NCBI GenBank assembly: GCA_963665115.1
Contig: OY762007.1
Location: forward strand, 1,088,001-1,152,000
Source: an uncultured Rivularia sp.
GTDB lineage: Bacteria > Cyanobacteriota > Cyanobacteriia > Cyanobacteriales > Nostocaceae
Direction of reading: 5' to 3'
DNA length: 64,000 bases
Shown one piece after another: positions 63,020-64,000 of this stretch. Numbering within the stretch: position 1 is the first letter of the stretch; the number at the start of each line of letters is the position of its first letter. The translations under genes were made by a program, and so were the position numbers. Under the pieces are notes generated by a model. It had not been told where the DNA came from. It saw only the letters and a program-made list of their open reading frames with translations, and ran no database searches.

Positions 63020-63460
63020 TAAAGAAATGGTGTTTTCACATGGTTGTAGACGTAGCAGTGCTACGTCTCTACAGCAGTTTTGTGTTTAATACAAAATATA
63101 GAGATGAAATTTTATATGCCTGATTTCGTAAAAGGAATCGGGTTTTTTAACTTGAAATAATATTTGTTTTTATAATTTATGTTTTCAAAATAAAAAATAT
63201 AAACTGTATTGCAAATAAAGAATTAACAAATAAAACCTTGAAATTAGCGGATAAATTGTCTAAAGCACATAATACACACCTTTAACCTCTAAATCTTGAC
63301 CTTTAACCTTTAACCTTTGACCTAAAATTATGTGGTTGTAAATAATTTTGTAGCTAGGGAATATTTTGCATAAAAGCTGTCAAAGATGACCCAGAATAAA
63401 ATAGAGCGAAATAGATTGTTTTTCAGCAATTCAAAATTTAGCTGCGCTCTTTTTTAATAT

Positions 63461-64000
63461 ATGGTATCAAAACTGTTCAGAAACATACGAAAAATTACCA
63501 TTCCGGCGGTTGATTCTATCAGTAAATTAACTATTACGAGGGTAAATAAATTATCTCGTAGAACTAAAAAAATTACTGCTATCACCTCCTTAGTAATGGT
63601 AATAATACTTGCCGGAAACTCAGTTTCGGCACAGCTAGCTCCATTTGGGCCATTGAGTTCAGTAAGCGTTCCCAGACCGGATAATATCAACAATTTCATT
63701 AAAGACAAAACATCTGCGATCGCGCTGGGCAAAACTCTGTTTTGGGATATGCAGGTGGGTAGCGATGGCGTGCAATCCTGCGCTAGCTGTCACTTTAATG
63801 CCGGTGCGGATAGTAGATCGAAGAATCAGATTAATCCAGGTTCTAACAATAGTTTCGATATTGCAGGGGCACCGAACTATCAATTACGGCCGGGAGATTA
63901 TCCATTTCATCGGTTAGAAAATCCTGATGACCGTTCTTCTACCGTGCTAAAGAGCGTAGATGATATTACGGGTTCTCAAGGTGTATTTAGAGCCAAGTTT
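63461..64000 (+). CDS. Di-haem cytochrome c peroxidase / MauG family (partial, runs off window)
   Basis: MVSKLF...signal/TM...ALGKTLFWDMQVGSDGVQSCASCHFNAGAD (CxxCH). Confidence 0.88.
   Translation, partial: MVSKLFRNIRKITIPAVDSISKLTITRVNKLSRRTKKITAITSLVMVIILAGNSVSAQLAPFGPLSSVSVPRPDNINNFIKDKTSAIALGKTLFWDMQVGSDGVQSCASCHFNAGADSRSKNQINPGSNNSFDIAGAPNYQLRPGDYPFHRLENPDDRSSTVLKSVDDITGSQGVFRAKF

Overview
AT-rich chromosomal window from a cyanobacterium, probably filamentous/heterocystous. Evidence: many HIP1 GCGATCGC octamers, heptameric STRR tracts and Nostocales-type gene families. The core or conserved genes are alaS, thiE-thiS, a Gld-like ABC operon, an RsbW/RsbU-like pair, a GGDEF protein and DUF1565 proteins. 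Accessory blocks include two tandem filamentous-haemagglutinin-like exoproteins preceded by an unannotated 51-aa secreted peptide, a toxin-antitoxin/SMI1-KNR4 cluster bounded by palindromes, a duplicated LRR / LRR-Roc-COR-CHAT locus with hypervariable 69-bp repeats, and a CoaR-cupin-Cys-repeat lipoprotein cluster. Further along are a pair of AAA_35 ATPases divergent from a two-gene exported module that looks like a split homologue of the animal large lipid transfer proteins (MTP/vitellogenin/apoB; best candidate for a novel system), and IS200/IS605-derived remnants including an apparently stand-alone omega-RNA-like unit. Eight +1 frameshifts in short homopolymers, affecting seven genes, are most likely assembly errors. 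No rRNA, tRNA or CRISPR array was seen. All family assignments come from motif recognition by eye; no searches were run.
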